This document shows positions 37,841 through 51,039 of a DNA stretch of 64,000 nucleotides, in pieces. A program made the position numbers and the translations under genes. The notes beneath the pieces are model-generated. The model was not told where the DNA came from. It was given only the letters and a program-made list of their open reading frames with translations, and ran no database searches. Source of the DNA: Octopus vulgaris. Taxonomy: Eukaryota. Numbering within the stretch: the stretch's first letter is position 1; each line of letters begins with the position of its first letter. Location of the stretch: assembly GCA_951406725.2 (NCBI GenBank), contig OX597827.1, positions 80,104,001 to 80,168,000 on the forward strand. Reading direction: 5' to 3'.

Positions 37841-38510
37841 CTAACATCAACTACAGTGAGAAAAGATTTTGACAGATACCTGCTGTATGACAATAGCATT
37901 GATCTCCCGCAGAGTGTCACTTTAGGAGCTAGGATGGCATGTTCGGAAAGCCAGTCATGGTTTCTATAATTCTGTGGGAATCTAGAATAAATATTCAGTA
38001 GTATGTCTCCAGATGTATTCACAACTGTTTCATAATATTTATTGGCATTTTCATGTGTCCATTTACAGTGTCAACTGGTAACTGACCATTGCTCCCAGCT
38101 GAAGGAAAACCTTGGAACACTGGGTTACTTGGACATCTCTATTAAGTGCAACTCCCAAGTTGGTAGAAAGAAGAAGTCTTTTATCTCTTCTCATATCACA
38201 GGATGCCTTCAGACATGCTTTCAACTTATCAGCAGGTGTCCCCTTTACAATCAGAATTGGACTCAAATCCCTAGACAGCATGACTGTAACGAGGCAAATG
38301 ATGTTGGTGTTATGTCTGACAATTAGTCAGGTGCAAAAGAGAACCACAACAGCAACAACATGACACATTGTGCACTCATACTGTTCAGCTTGGTCTGCTT
38401 CAAAACATTTCAATTCATTGTCAATATTAAATAGAAGACTGCCATTGTGTGCCTCGTTGACTGGCAGCTGAAAAGCAGCTTAATAACCAAGAAAGATTCC
38501 CAAAATTATT
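37838..38510 (-). mobile_element. Helitron helicase remnant, 5' part
   Basis: NYRNHDWLSEHAILAPK, KGTPADKLKACLKAS, ECTM motifs; homologous to 17867-18530. Confidence 0.78.
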
Positions 38511-39308
38511 ATGAATTACTTAATCGCTATTAAAATCTATCACAAGAGGAAAGCTTTTAACTCTCAGATATTAATGACTAGTCCCAAATATATCTTAAAC
38601 ACAGATATATTAGGCTTTAAAGATGCTTTTAAAGGGAAAACCAGTTAGTTAACAGACATAATATATTCAAGATGGAAGGTGTTTGTAAATTATGCTTTAA
38701 ATCAGAATATACATAAGAGGGAGCATCTGTGAAGTTCAAGACAAACAAATACTGCAGGGTGTTTGTGTTTTAAAGAATTTACTTATCGGTTTTCTTGCAA
38801 ATTTTTAAATCTTTTGCTTTTGCTACCACTCATAGACAAATAAATATGAAACAAGAAACCTCTAAAAAAAGTATCTATTTTTGTGGATAACATAATTATT
38901 TCTAGCATTTATATTCTGAAATGCGAAGTTTATTTAAGTAATTGTTGAATAAACTTCACTGACCAAAGACTAAATGATTTATTTGAAACACATTACAAAA
39001 CAGACACCATTCAAACAGGAAGGGAGAAATTATTTGCAAGGAAATCAGAAATAAAAGAACTGCCATAAAATATATCCAGACTTCTCAACAAAGTTTTAAA
39101 ATATCCAGTTTGGGGGAAATTATTCAAATTATATTCTGTACAAGCTTTCAATTTCTTTAATTATCAATAAATACAAAAGACAAACGAAGCCTCAACCAGA
39201 TCTAATATGGCCACCATTACAATATAACATTTTGGTGTCAGAATACAGTTATAAATGAAATCATTATTTCACATAATTTGAATAAATAATATGGAATAAC
39301 AAACTTAC

Positions 39309-39790
39309 CTTCATTGTGTAAAATCCTTTGTTGTATAAACTGTGACTTGGTCCCAATGTTCTGTTGTTAATGGTTGTCTGTGTCACTGCTGCTATGGTGT
39401 GACAATGGCTTCATGTTGATGGAATAGTGTTGGTGGTGAGTCAGTGGGAACCAGCAGTTCCCTCTCAGTCTTCCTTTGTGGATGTGTGGTGTATAATGTG
39501 TGTGTGTGTGTGTGAAAGGGAGGAGGAGGAGTAGGATGGGTGATGCTTACTACAGCCTCTCTCAGACTAGATGTTGCCTCTCACACACAAAGACAGAGTA
39601 GTGAGAGAACACACACTATCAGCTCCACTAACAGTCAGCCATGATAAGTCTATATAACACCAACATGTCTGATGTGGAGAGAGACTGACATAGAAATCCT
39701 TAGAACAGAGAGGTTATATTAACAAAATATGGCTGATGTTGTTACTGTGTGTGTAATTTAAAATGTAAATACAATATTGACAATAATAGT
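39309..39790 (-). promoter_or_regulatory. Conserved leader exon E1 / putative promoter block of Pcdh4
   Basis: Near-identical block; donor AAG|gtaagt at 39309. Confidence 0.7.
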
Positions 39791-40244
39791 TTGTGGGTGT
39801 CTGACCTAATTCAAAACAGAGTCTCATATAAGGATATCTATGAAATATTTAAAGAGACATCTCACTTAAACAGAATATATTCTCTGAAATATTAATTACT
39901 TATCCTTTGTTTATTTTTTTCTTATAATTAAAATCACATTTTCAAGTATAAATTTAATTTCCCAGGCATAATGTCTACTTCTGCACAATATTTCACTTAA
40001 TGTTTCTTCACTTAACTATGCAATGTTACCAATGGATTCTTCATATCTGAAGCTGTTAGTTTCTTGTTTATCTGGAGTAATATTCCCAAGATATACACAA
40101 AATATATTCTCTCAAACATATTTGAAGATATTCAGTCATATGTGGGCAATATCATTATCTAACTAATATATTTCTGTTGTTTTTAAATGTTGTGTGAATG
40201 TTGAAGGTGATATTATTTCTGTTGTGTTCCTTTCTCAGTCTCAC

Positions 40245-40366
40245 TTAACTGACAACAACATCTGGTGTTGAAGGTAACTGTCTCTCTGGAGGTTTCACAT
40301 ATCTGTCTTGGTAATGGTCTCTCTCACTGGTGCCTGATACATCGGGTGGGGCACCACCATAGATTC
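40245..40366 (-). CDS. Pcdh5 terminal exon E4
   Basis: Acceptor gtttcag|GA, 122 coding nt ending in TAA. Confidence 0.85.
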
Positions 40367-40605
40367 CTGAAACACACATACATACATCAAGATAAACTCA
40401 TTACATAGTTCATACGGTCAATGGGTATTTACTGTTGTTAGTAATCAATGCTTTGTCCACAACATTCAATGGACTAAAATAAAGAACAACATCAATAATT
40501 AAAAAATGTCACATTGAAATCGTGTCTCAGTATCCTACAACATCACAGAACATTACAAACCCCAATCATACGATTAATATTAAGATAATGCCTTATCGAC
40601 TATAA

Positions 40606-40652
40606 ATATAATATAATATAATATAATATAATATAATATAATATAATATATA
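40606..40652. repeat. (ATATA)n pentanucleotide microsatellite
   Basis: Directly visible tandem repeat. Confidence 0.9.
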
Positions 40653-41300
40653 CATAAATACATACATATATTTGTACTTTGATTTCTATTTTTTCTACCA
40701 GGCTTAAAAAGACAATAGGAAACTGTTTCTCATAAAACTGAATAATATGTTTTCAAATATTTGTCAATGTTTGTAGGAAAAAGACAAATTTGTTGGACTT
40801 AGTTCAGTTTTGTTTACAGGTTGTTGAATGGTCAGTTTGTTAAGCTATGACTGAACTGTGTAAAAACATGAATATCTCTTTCTTTATTCAACTGGCAGTA
40901 AATAGGTATCAGATAAATATTTTGTTGGAATTTACAAAAAACACAAAAGACGAAGACAGGTGTATAAACAGCAAACAGATGCATTAGTTTAATACTCAGG
41001 AAGTGAGAAAGTCTTTTACATTTCGGGCCTACACTCTTCAACAGAAAGGAACACAGAAATAAGCACAGAGAGAAAATAAAAAGAACACTAATATATTTAG
41101 TGTCACCGTAGAAAATAAGAGACTAGTAAAGTTTCATAAATGATGAATATTCACTAAGCTGTTACAATAAGTTTTAATCCATTCGTGAATTAGGTGAAGA
41201 TAAGGCCACACAAATTTATAATTCCCTGGTAGATATTTCTTCTACTTCATGTGAATATGGATATTTATGAATAGGAAAAGTCAAATCATTGTTATCCTAC

Positions 41301-41454
41301 CTGACATTGCTGGTATTTCTTCATACTGTCTACTTGACCGCTCACTCCAGCACTGCCCACTGCTCTTACGACTGGTCAATGTGTCAGTGGGATAGTGAGA
41401 AGATGGTCTGTTGTCTCCATAAGATGTCACCTCAATCGGTTGACTGTATTTCTG
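41301..41454 (-). CDS. Pcdh5 exon E3 (154 nt)
   Basis: Conserved splice sites and frame. Confidence 0.88.
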
Positions 41455-42290
41455 CTGTAAAATATAATAGTAACAAAACATACTATAAACATAACATTTA
41501 TGATTGACACTAAAATATGTAATAATAATAAAATTTACTGGTTCTTGGTGGTATTGACTATTTTCTATGTATATAATCAGTTACATTTCTTAAATCTGTT
41601 ATTGAAATTTGTTAATCCTTCACTGGGGAAAGGCATAAGTACTGCCATTCATCCACTGACAAAACAATAAAACATCACTTTTTACCTAATTATGTTTCCT
41701 CATTTCCTACAAGAATTATGTACAGTATAAGTTAGCTAAAGTCACAAACAATTGTGAGCAATACTTTTATGAGTGTTTCTACAGGATTTTTAAGAGAATT
41801 CTTTCTGAAGGGATAATGCAAGTTTAGACTGTCAGTGTGTGTAGAGTAATGTTGGATTTGGCAGTTTTAATCTCCAGAAGCAAAGCCTATGAAGATATCT
41901 GAATTATTGTAAGTAGGAAGTTCCCACAAAATCAGATGTAACCCTATTGACAAATATCAAATGCCAGACTGTAATGCGTAAAAAGGTGTCTAATTATCCT
42001 GGTAAAAGTCTTCTCAGGTTTTCAGTTGCCATAAAATATCTTACAATTTACAGACAACACCTAAAAAATATATAAATAATGGTATAAATATGGAAGTAAA
42101 AACTTAAAATTCCTCACCATGTCAGAAATGACGTTTCCTAAAACATACATATTATATCTTAAGAATATTTAGAGTGTAAACAATTCTATGAAACTGGGCA
42201 AGAAAATTATTGTCAAGTATAAACACCAAGCTAAATCATAGATAATTACACATTATTTACTAACAGATCGTTAATTAAAGGAAAGCTTAC

Positions 42291-44648
42291 CTTTGTGGAC
42301 TTTTGCAGTGTCCGGTTCATTGTTGATGTCTTCCAATCTTCAGGATAGTAATGGCTCCTCGAATGACCATATCTGTCTGACATCTCTCCTCGATTACCTG
42401 ACATCACAGGTACACTGTTGTTACCTTGATAGATCAACTGTCTCATCTCATTGCGACATTGGTATGCCTGTTTCTCTTCTGCTGTTCTTTCAGATGAGCT
42501 ATTTCTCACATTGTTACATCTCACAATACACAGGGTTATAGAAACCACAATAGCTATAGATACTATCACAGCTGCTACTACAATGATAATCAACAATGTC
42601 GCATCTATTGTGTTATCACTTGGTAGGTGCACAGCTGTGAACATTGGTGACGTCTTGTTACTAACAGTCAGTGTCAAAGACACACTAGTTGTTGCTGACA
42701 GAACTGGAGTACCACTGTCTTTCACAACAAACTCAAGCTCATATGAGCCGGCATCATTTTGGTAAACTGTGCGAGAGTAAGATAACACACCAGTGAACGA
42801 ATCCAGTTTAAATAACTGTCTCTCGTTACCTGAAACGATTTCATACCTGAGAAAAGCATTCATGTGACTGTCTATATCAGATGCTTTCAGAACTGTGATG
42901 TCGTTCTTACTTTGCGGATGATAGTGGACATTAAGAGTGAAAGGGTCAACACTAGGAAATGTAAAATATGGAGCATTATCATTTCTATCCAATACTTCCA
43001 CTTCAACATTCACTGTGTTATTCAGAGATGGGCTTCCATTGTCTTTCACAAAAACCTCAAACTCATAGAAATCTCTGTGTTCTCTGTCTAAAGACTGGTT
43101 TGTTGAAATAAAGCCAGAGTTGATAATCTGGAATGGCAGACGATATTGCTGTTTATTTCTCAGAGAATAAGACAATTCACCTCCCTTACCAATATCTGGG
43201 TCTGTAGCATTGATAAAGCCAATAGGGAAATTAGCTTTGTCATTCTCATAGGTAAGGAACTTGAATGTGTCTTTCGTAAAGTGTGGTTCTACATCATTCA
43301 CATCCAACACTTGGATTGACAGATCTTTATCAGTTTTCAGAGCAGGTAATCCTTTATCTTCACACGACACAGTAAAGTGATAATGTTCCTGTGTCTCTCT
43401 GTCTACTGCTTTCTTTAGAACTATTTTATATTCCTTCGATCCCATTGACTGTAGTTTGAATGTGTCATCTTTGATATGACAGTTCACCTGTCCATTGTGT
43501 CCAACATCATTGTCAGTGACCATCACATAAGCAATGAAACTACCAACTTTGATGTCTTCCAGAATGGTAGCTGTGTTGTGATTCTGTGTAGAAATAAAGT
43601 TCACATCAATATTTGGAGGATTGTTGTGTTGGTTGATGACATTTACCATAACAGTTGCTATGGAACTGAGAGGAGGACTGCCATCATCCCTTGCTTCAAT
43701 GTATATTTTAAAAAATTCATCCGTATCAATCTTTGAAGATGTAGCTAAATATAATTTCCCAGTATTTTCATCTAAATTGAAGTTCCTCTTCACTTTCTCA
43801 CTAGTTTTCCTAGCAAAATAGAAAGATATTTTACCATTCCTGCCAATATCTAAATCACTGGCAGATAATGTGACTACTGGAATATTCTTTTTATGTTTAT
43901 GTTCAATAGAGACATTGTAGATACTTTGGGAAAATTGTGGCCTGTTGTCATTTTCATCTTCTACAGATATTTTAACATTTAAAATAGATTGTTTTGGTGG
44001 AGTTCCCCCATCTTTAGCAATGACTTCAATATTGTAACTGTCCTTCTTTTCTCTGTCTAATTTATCTTCTAAAATAATTTCTAACGCTGATATCTCATCT
44101 GTTTGTTTAGAAACTGATAAAGAGAAATACTGATTGTTATTTTTCAATTCATAAGTAATTAAGTTGTTTTTATTACTCATATCTTTGTCAATAGCATGAG
44201 GTATGGGCCTTTTCATGCCTTTACCATCTCCATCTCCGAAATGAATATCAATTTCTTTCTGAGGAAACTCAGGTTGGTGGTCATTGATGTCTTCTATTAT
44301 GACTTTAATCTTTAAGATCTTCATAAATGTCTTGGATTTGTGAACAGCAACTTTAACGATTTCAAAACATTCTTTCTCATAACTACACACAGACTCAGCA
44401 TCCAATGTCTCAACAGTGTACAGTTTACCTGTTCTCGTCACATTGAACAACTGTTCTCCCTTTTGTTGCAGTTGACTAAATGTAATTAAATCCTTATTCT
44501 TTAAGAAGGAGCTGTCTGATTTCTGTAAGTCAGTAGCAATGTCCCCTACATAGGTATAGGGACTATTCTCTTCTTTAACATGGTATGTGATATCTTCACT
44601 TAAATAACAGTGGAAGAAAGTCAGCAAAACACACAGGTGTAACAACAT
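42291..44648 (-). CDS. Protocadherin Pcdh5 large exon E2 (786 codons)
   Basis: Six cadherin repeats plus TM; donor AAG|gtaagc; acceptor places the exon start at 44704. Confidence 0.95.
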
Positions 44649-45894
44649 CTCTGGTCCTGATGTTAATACAATATCCAGATGAGAGATGTCTTCAAATATT
44701 CAGTCTGAAATAGAAAATAGTTTTGTTTAAGGAATGACTTTAAATAAACTTTCTTTCTTACTTGAATGCATTAATATTTTTTAATCGAATACAGAAACAA
44801 GCAATTTTTTAGATTAACATTAATTTCCAACACATACAAAAGCCTTTCTGCTTTATAGGAAGTCCAAAGAAATGCATGGAGGTTAGTTTTTCACTGCATT
44901 CAACAAATTGAGTTTAAAAACAAATTCAATTTTATAAATTATGTGTGAAGTTTAATAACTCCTTTGTATCCTGCTGGATTCTTTTATGTTTACCAGTTTA
45001 ATGATTGACTTATAAGCATACTTACTGATGTATAAAACACATTTATGTATAATGAGCTTACCTAACTATGAAGTCCAGCAAGAAAGTATCTCACATGTAT
45101 AATATGTACTGATTTCTTTTTCAGTGTCATGGTATATGGGGAAGGAACAGTTTTAGTTAGATTTATTATAATTGTTCTATAAAGGACACTGACAGATGTG
45201 GGACCATTGTAATTAGGCCTTAGAAGTTCACACACTGTAACATCAACTTTGTAAGGATTACACAAACAGAGTTATTATTATATGTAATCAAAGTTGTTTA
45301 CTGAAAACTCATTTTATGACTGCTGGAGGCGCTAAGTATCCCCAACAATAACAACAATTAAACCAGTAAAAGAGCACAAAATTTAAAGAATCTACACACA
45401 AAACTCTCAACATACAATTTGATTTGAAACTCTGTTTCCAAATATTAAACATTTTAAATATTGGTCTTCACTGTCCAATCTTGTGCTTACAACAGTTTGT
45501 TCCCAATGCAGGAAAAAACCCCATCTCAGTCTGTGGAGTCACCCCATGGTTATATAAACACCAGTTTCAGCCCCTCTTTGTCTTTGGCAGCAGCTATTGA
45601 CCACACACCACATCTCTATTGGACCAGCACTGATAAACTAGACACCAGTTGGTTTCGCAGCATTCTTCAACCAGCCGTTGCCTGTCGTCTTCACTGCAGC
45701 AAGAGACAGCAGAGCATAGCCCCAGCAACAGACCCTGCAGAACTGAAGTCTTTTGAATTTTTGTTCTAGACTGTTATATTAACATCATTTGCTTTTGGCT
45801 TTCTTCTATTTTTATATCTTGAGGAGTAAATCATTGCTTCTTCAACTTACTCAAATCTTATCATTTTTTTTCCCTTCTGTCCTCCTTACAGGTC

Positions 45895-46045
45895 AATTAC
45901 AGCACTCAACTTGTACTTATTTTGTCAACCGCAAAAAGATAAAAGACAAAGTTGATCCCAGCAATATTTGAAATCAGAATGTAAAGTCGGAAGAAATGCC
46001 ACTTAACATCTTGTCCAACACAATAACAATTCTGCCAGCTCACAG
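45895..46045 (-). mobile_element. Degenerate tRNA-derived SINE
   Basis: gtacttattttgtcaacc...atttgaaatcagaatgtaaag...ttctgccagctcac resembles 16825-17032. Confidence 0.55.
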
Positions 46046-46805
46046 CCTTCATTCAAAGGAAATATTATAATGATGAAACGCTTAGAAGAACCAATGAAGA
46101 TTAGAGAATTATTATGAATTAATAAATCAATACTAAAACTAAATTACAACAAGAAATATTTTAACTATCAGATATTGATGACTAATCCCAAATATATCTT
46201 GAACAAAAATATATTACATCTAAAAAAATATTTTAACAAACAAAATAAATAATATATTCAAAATGGGGGGTGTTTGTGAATTATGTTTTACATCAAAACA
46301 GACAAGGATTTTTGTTACCATTCAGGATAATAAACTCACAAATATGAAAATATATCTACTTTTGTCGATAACATAATTATTTCTAGCATTTATATTCTGA
46401 AAAGTGAGGTTTATTTTAAACTCTATTATTTAAGTAAATTCTTGACTAAACCTCATTGACCAAACACTAAATGATTTATTTGAAACACATTACAAAACAG
46501 ACACCATTCAAACAGGAAGGTAGTAATTATTTGAAAGGAAATCAGAAATAAAAGAACTGCTATAAAATATATCCAGACTTCTCATCAAAGTTTTAAAATA
46601 TCCAGTTTGGGGAAAATTATTCAAATTATATTCTGTACAAGCTTTCAATTTCTTTAATTATCAATAAATACAAAAGACAAACGAAGCCTCAACCAGATCT
46701 AATATGGCCACCATTACAATATAACATTTTGGTGTCAGAATACAGTTATAAATGAAATCATTATTTCACATAATTTCAATAAATAATATAGAATAACAAA
46801 CTTAC

Positions 46806-47298
46806 CTTCATTGTGTAAAATCCTTTGTTGTATAAACTGTGACTTGGTCCCAATGTTCTGTTGTTAATGGTTGTCTGTGTCACTGCTGCTATGGTGTGAC
46901 AATGGCTTCATGTTGATGGAATAGTGTTGGTGGTGAGTCAGTGGGAACCAGCAGTTCCCTCTCAGTCTTCCTTTGTGGATGTGTGGTGTTTAGTGTGTGT
47001 GTGTGTGTGTGTGAGTGTGTGTGAAAGGGAGGAGGAGGAGTAGGATGGGTGATGCTTACTACAGCCTCTCTCAGACTAGATGTTGCCTCTCACACACAAA
47101 GACAGAGTAGTGAGAGAACACACACTATCAGCTCCACTAACAGTCAGCCATGATAAGTCTATATAACACCAACATGTCTGATGTGGAGAGAGACTGACAT
47201 AAAAATCCTTAGAACAGAGAGTTATATTAACAAAATATGGCTGATGTTGTTAATGTGTGTGTAATTTAAAATGTAAATACAATATTGACAATAATAGT
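46806..47298 (-). promoter_or_regulatory. Conserved leader exon E1 / putative promoter block of Pcdh5
   Basis: Near-identical block; donor AAG|gtaagt at 46806. Confidence 0.7.
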
Positions 47299-47619
47299 TT
47301 GTGAGTGTCTGACCTAATTCAAAACTAAGTCTCATATAAGGATATCTATGGAATATTCAAGTTTATGTAAACTATGAAAATAGATTTTGTAAAATATCAA
47401 TATTTACAAAATAATTTATTTATCTATTATTTACTTAGAAGATAATTTAATTTACATTGTTAAGTGTAGATTGTATTTCCAGCTATAATGTCTATCTGTG
47501 ATTACTTTCCATTGTTTTCCATAACTCTGCTTTTCCTAACTACAGTGTTTAAACCCATTATTCACTTTTAGAGCTACTAAATTATTCTACATCCGCGAAA
47601 ATATTCCCAAGGTGTTTGA

Positions 47620-47622
<3 letters not shown>

Positions 47623-47694
<72 letters not shown>
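47623..47694. repeat. (AT)n microsatellite
   Basis: Directly visible, ~72 bp. Confidence 0.95.
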
Positions 47695-47696
<2 letters not shown>

Positions 47697-47866
47697 TTTT
47701 GGAATGGTAGAAAGATGGAATGTTTCCAATGCAGCACTCAACCCAAGCCTGAGGATTTTCAAACTCTGGAATTGTAGTCTTAAGTAAAATCGAAATTCTT
47801 CTAGTAGGATGTCCAAGTTGTCACATTGGTTAAGCCAAAGTGTGGGTCTAGCAAAGGGTAAAGCAT

Positions 47867-48205
47867 AATACAAATAAGAAGACAAAGAAAGACTTTAACA
47901 CGTCTTTAATGACCAGTTACAATCGTTTTGCTGCCAATTCATGCAAAATTCCCATGTGAAGGGTGAAACACTAGAGTGGTACTTCATCAGACTTGCATTA
48001 AAGACGCACACTTACATTGTGCATCAGCACATTTGATGCACGTCTGATGAAGTGCTACACTGATGCTTAAAAGTGCAAATATTAACTAACTTTTTTACAC
48101 GGAAACTTTGCATGAATTGGCATTAAAAATAGAATTGGTACAGAAACAATTGTAACTGGTCATTAAGGATGTGCTGAAGTCTTTCTATGTCTTCTTATTT
48201 GGATT
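47867..48205. repeat. Long imperfect inverted repeat (fold-back/MITE-like element)
   Basis: Outer ~60-bp arms nearly reverse-complementary, plus two inner complementary segments (tgccaattcatgcaaa/tttgcatgaattggca; acttcatcagac/gtctgatgaagt). Confidence 0.85.
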
Positions 48206-48345
48206 GTGTGTGTGAAATAAACATGAATAGTTTCAGTCATAAATGGAGAAATATTATTAATTAACTAATATATTTCTGTTGTTTTAAATGTTGTGTGAAT
48301 GTTGAAAGTGATATTATTTCTGTTGTGTTCCTTTCTCAGTCTCAC

Positions 48346-48467
48346 TTAACTGACAACAACATCTGGTGTTGAAGGTAACTGTCTCTCTGGAGGTTTCACA
48401 TATCTGTCTTGGTAATGGTCTCTCTCACTGGTGCTTGATACATCGGGTGGGGCACCACCATAGATTC
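48346..48467 (-). CDS. Pcdh6 terminal exon E4
   Basis: Acceptor gtttcag|GA; GIYGGAPPDVSSTSERDHYQDRYVKPPERQLPSTPDVVVS*. Confidence 0.8.
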
Positions 48468-48567
48468 CTGAAACACACATATCAAATATACTTATTATAT
48501 AATTTACATACACAATAAGCATTTTGCTGACATTATATATAACACTCACACAACTAAAATATAAATC

Positions 48568-48625
<58 letters not shown>
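48568..48625. repeat. (AAT)n microsatellite
   Basis: Directly visible. Confidence 0.95.
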
Positions 48626-48626
<1 letters not shown>

Positions 48627-48972
48627 GAGAGCGCAAACCTCAGCAAAGGCAACACCAACATCCTCTCAACAATTAGCCATCGATGATTTTTAAAATGAAA
48701 ATATCTGAAATAAACTCAAGTGTTCTCACAAACGAGAATACTAAAAATGAACCTGACTATTCTCAAAAATTAAGTAAAAAAAACAGGAAAAATAATCCAG
48801 CATCCTTGTCTGGTACCAGATTGACCCCAAAATCTATGCTGTCCGTGCTAGACACAAGGCCAAACATCTCTGAAATTTTTATCTGAATCCATCCAGTTGT
48901 TCTTGAGATATCTTGCCCATGGACAAACAAACAAACACAATTGAAACTCTGTCTTAGTGAAGGCAGAGGTAA
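48626..48972. mobile_element. Non-autonomous element related to 23045-23825, flanked by (AAT)n
   Basis: Shared 5' gagagc.caaacctc.gc.aag; 3' stem-loop ctctgtctt...aaggcagag preceded by (ACAA)n. Confidence 0.5.
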
Positions 48973-49145
48973 TAATAATAATAATAATAATAACAACAAC
49001 AACATTGAGATAGTATCTTGATATCTTACAATATCCTAAAACTTTACCAACCCAAATCATATCCGAATGGAAGGCTTAAATAAAAATCAGCCAATTTAAT
49101 AACTGCCATGGTTTCCATATAGCTCAAGTTTCCTATTTTGTTTAA

Positions 49146-49364
49146 CCCTTTAGCATTCAGATTATTCTGTCAAATATAATATTTATTTATCCATATTGTT
49201 TTAAGCTAATCATGCATTATTTCGTAGCTTTAAGATTTTGATGATGTTATCACCTGTTTTTAGATTGACATTATAGGTTGGTGTGAGATACCAAATCTGG
49301 GCAGTTTTAACAGAAAACAAGTAGATTATTTGGGCCGGATATGGCCGGTTTAAACACTAAAGGG
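49146..49364. mobile_element. piggyBac-type MITE
   Basis: TTAA|CCCTTTAG ... CTAAAGGG|TTAA: TTAA target duplication with CCC/GGG termini. Confidence 0.8.
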
Positions 49365-49520
49365 TTAAGTAAAATTGGTAATAGTAATGTGTTGTTGCTA
49401 AAACCATATCTATCCTCACATGTCCTATCTTTGCTACAGTCCTGCTCAGTCAAAGCTGATTAAGGTCTCATTCAAATACCCTAAAACTATATCATGTAAC
49501 TTTACATTACAATGAGATTG

Positions 49521-49947
49521 GGATCTTTTCGGTTTGAACGGCAGTTTTTTCTAGCGGTGTCATATGAAATTGTCACTCATAATTATGACCCTAGTATCGA
49601 TCTATTGCATTTCAATCTGATCTAGGGTTAGTTAGGGTTAGAGTTAGGGGTGGGGGGAAGGGTATCTTTTTTTCTTCACAAATGTAAATAAACCCAATCT
49701 GTTTCTTAAACAAGGGACATATTCATACGGCACAGAATGTTTTTTAACTCAATGGACATATTTGATTGGTTGAAATTGCAGAAATTGAAGAAAAAAATCC
49801 ACAAATATCTTACAAACTATAGAATTTTCTCAATAAAGTCAAGAGAAAAAAATGTTTTATAAACACATTCTACCAGTATATGAAGTTTAAAATTTTTTAG
49901 TTAACTAGAAATTATGTTAAAAACTGCCGTTCAAACAGAAAAGATCC
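49521..49947. mobile_element. MITE with ~29-bp terminal inverted repeats
   Basis: GGATCTTTTCGGTTTGAACGGCAGTTTTT ... AAAAACTGCCGTTCAAACAGAAAAGATCC (one mismatch). Confidence 0.85.
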
Positions 49948-50885
49948 TAAGATTGTAGACAACTACACGATAGTGATGATTCTGGTCATTCAATGGTGCA
50001 CGGACAATTGGGTGACGTAGTTAAGCACTTCTAATAAGGTTTTACTTCATATATTAATGAACAGGTTATGTGAAGCAGTGAAGGTATCAGCCCATTTGAT
50101 TAGGTCATGATTATGATATCGTGGGTTCACTTCCAAGGCTGGGCCGTGCATTATGTCCTTAAGCAAGACACTTCATTTCATGTTGTTGTAATGAGTACAT
50201 ATTATATTCCTCCTCATCTCAGTCCATTCTTGTTTGCAGGTGAAGGCTGGCCCTTGTATTAAACAATATGTATAGATAACACAGTGACATAGCCAAAATG
50301 TTTAAAGTATATGTTTCAAAACCTTTGTAAATGTTGGTAACTAAAAGAGAAATCTGCACTTAAGAATTTTGATCCAATCCAGTCAGCTGTAAATAGGTAT
50401 CAAGCCCCATTACTCACAGGAAGATGCAAATTGGCAAAATCATTAGGGCACTGGATAAAATACCTTGTAGTTTATAGTCTTAGCTCTCTACACTGTGAGC
50501 CCAAACCCCACTAATGTTGATTCTGCCATTATTCTGAAGTTAACAAGTAAAGTACAAGTTGAGGGTGGTAGAGTGGTTGGATTTTGGAAAGTGGTATCTC
50601 TTCCACCTGTTTCTGTTCTGACAGCAACACCTGCAACAACACTAATACATAGCTTTGTTTGACTTGCTGTCTGATATAAACATTGACACAGAGAGGGAAG
50701 ATATCACTGCAAGGGCACTTGTGAATCATCTGCAAATGAAAATCTTTGCCTGATCTGAGCCTCAGAGAAGAAGGATCTGCATACAGACACACAGACTCCC
50801 TATTCTACTGCCAGATAGATATTTCCTCTACCTGAGTGAATATGAGTATTTCTGAATAGAAAATGTCAAATCATTGTTATCCTAC

Positions 50886-51039
50886 CTGACATTGCTGGTA
50901 TTTCTTCATACTGTCTGCTTGACCGCTCACTCCAGCACTGTCCACTGCTCTTACGACTGGTCAATGTGTCAGTGGGATAGTGAGAAGATGGTCTGTTGTC
51001 TCCATAGGATGTCACCTCAATCGGTTGACTGTATTTCTG
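50886..51039 (-). CDS. Pcdh6 exon E3 (154 nt)
   Basis: Conserved splice sites and frame. Confidence 0.8.

Noticed and set aside
47577-49005. ORFs with poly-IY, poly-I and poly-L stretches
   Set aside because: Artefacts of (AT)n and (AAT)n microsatellites
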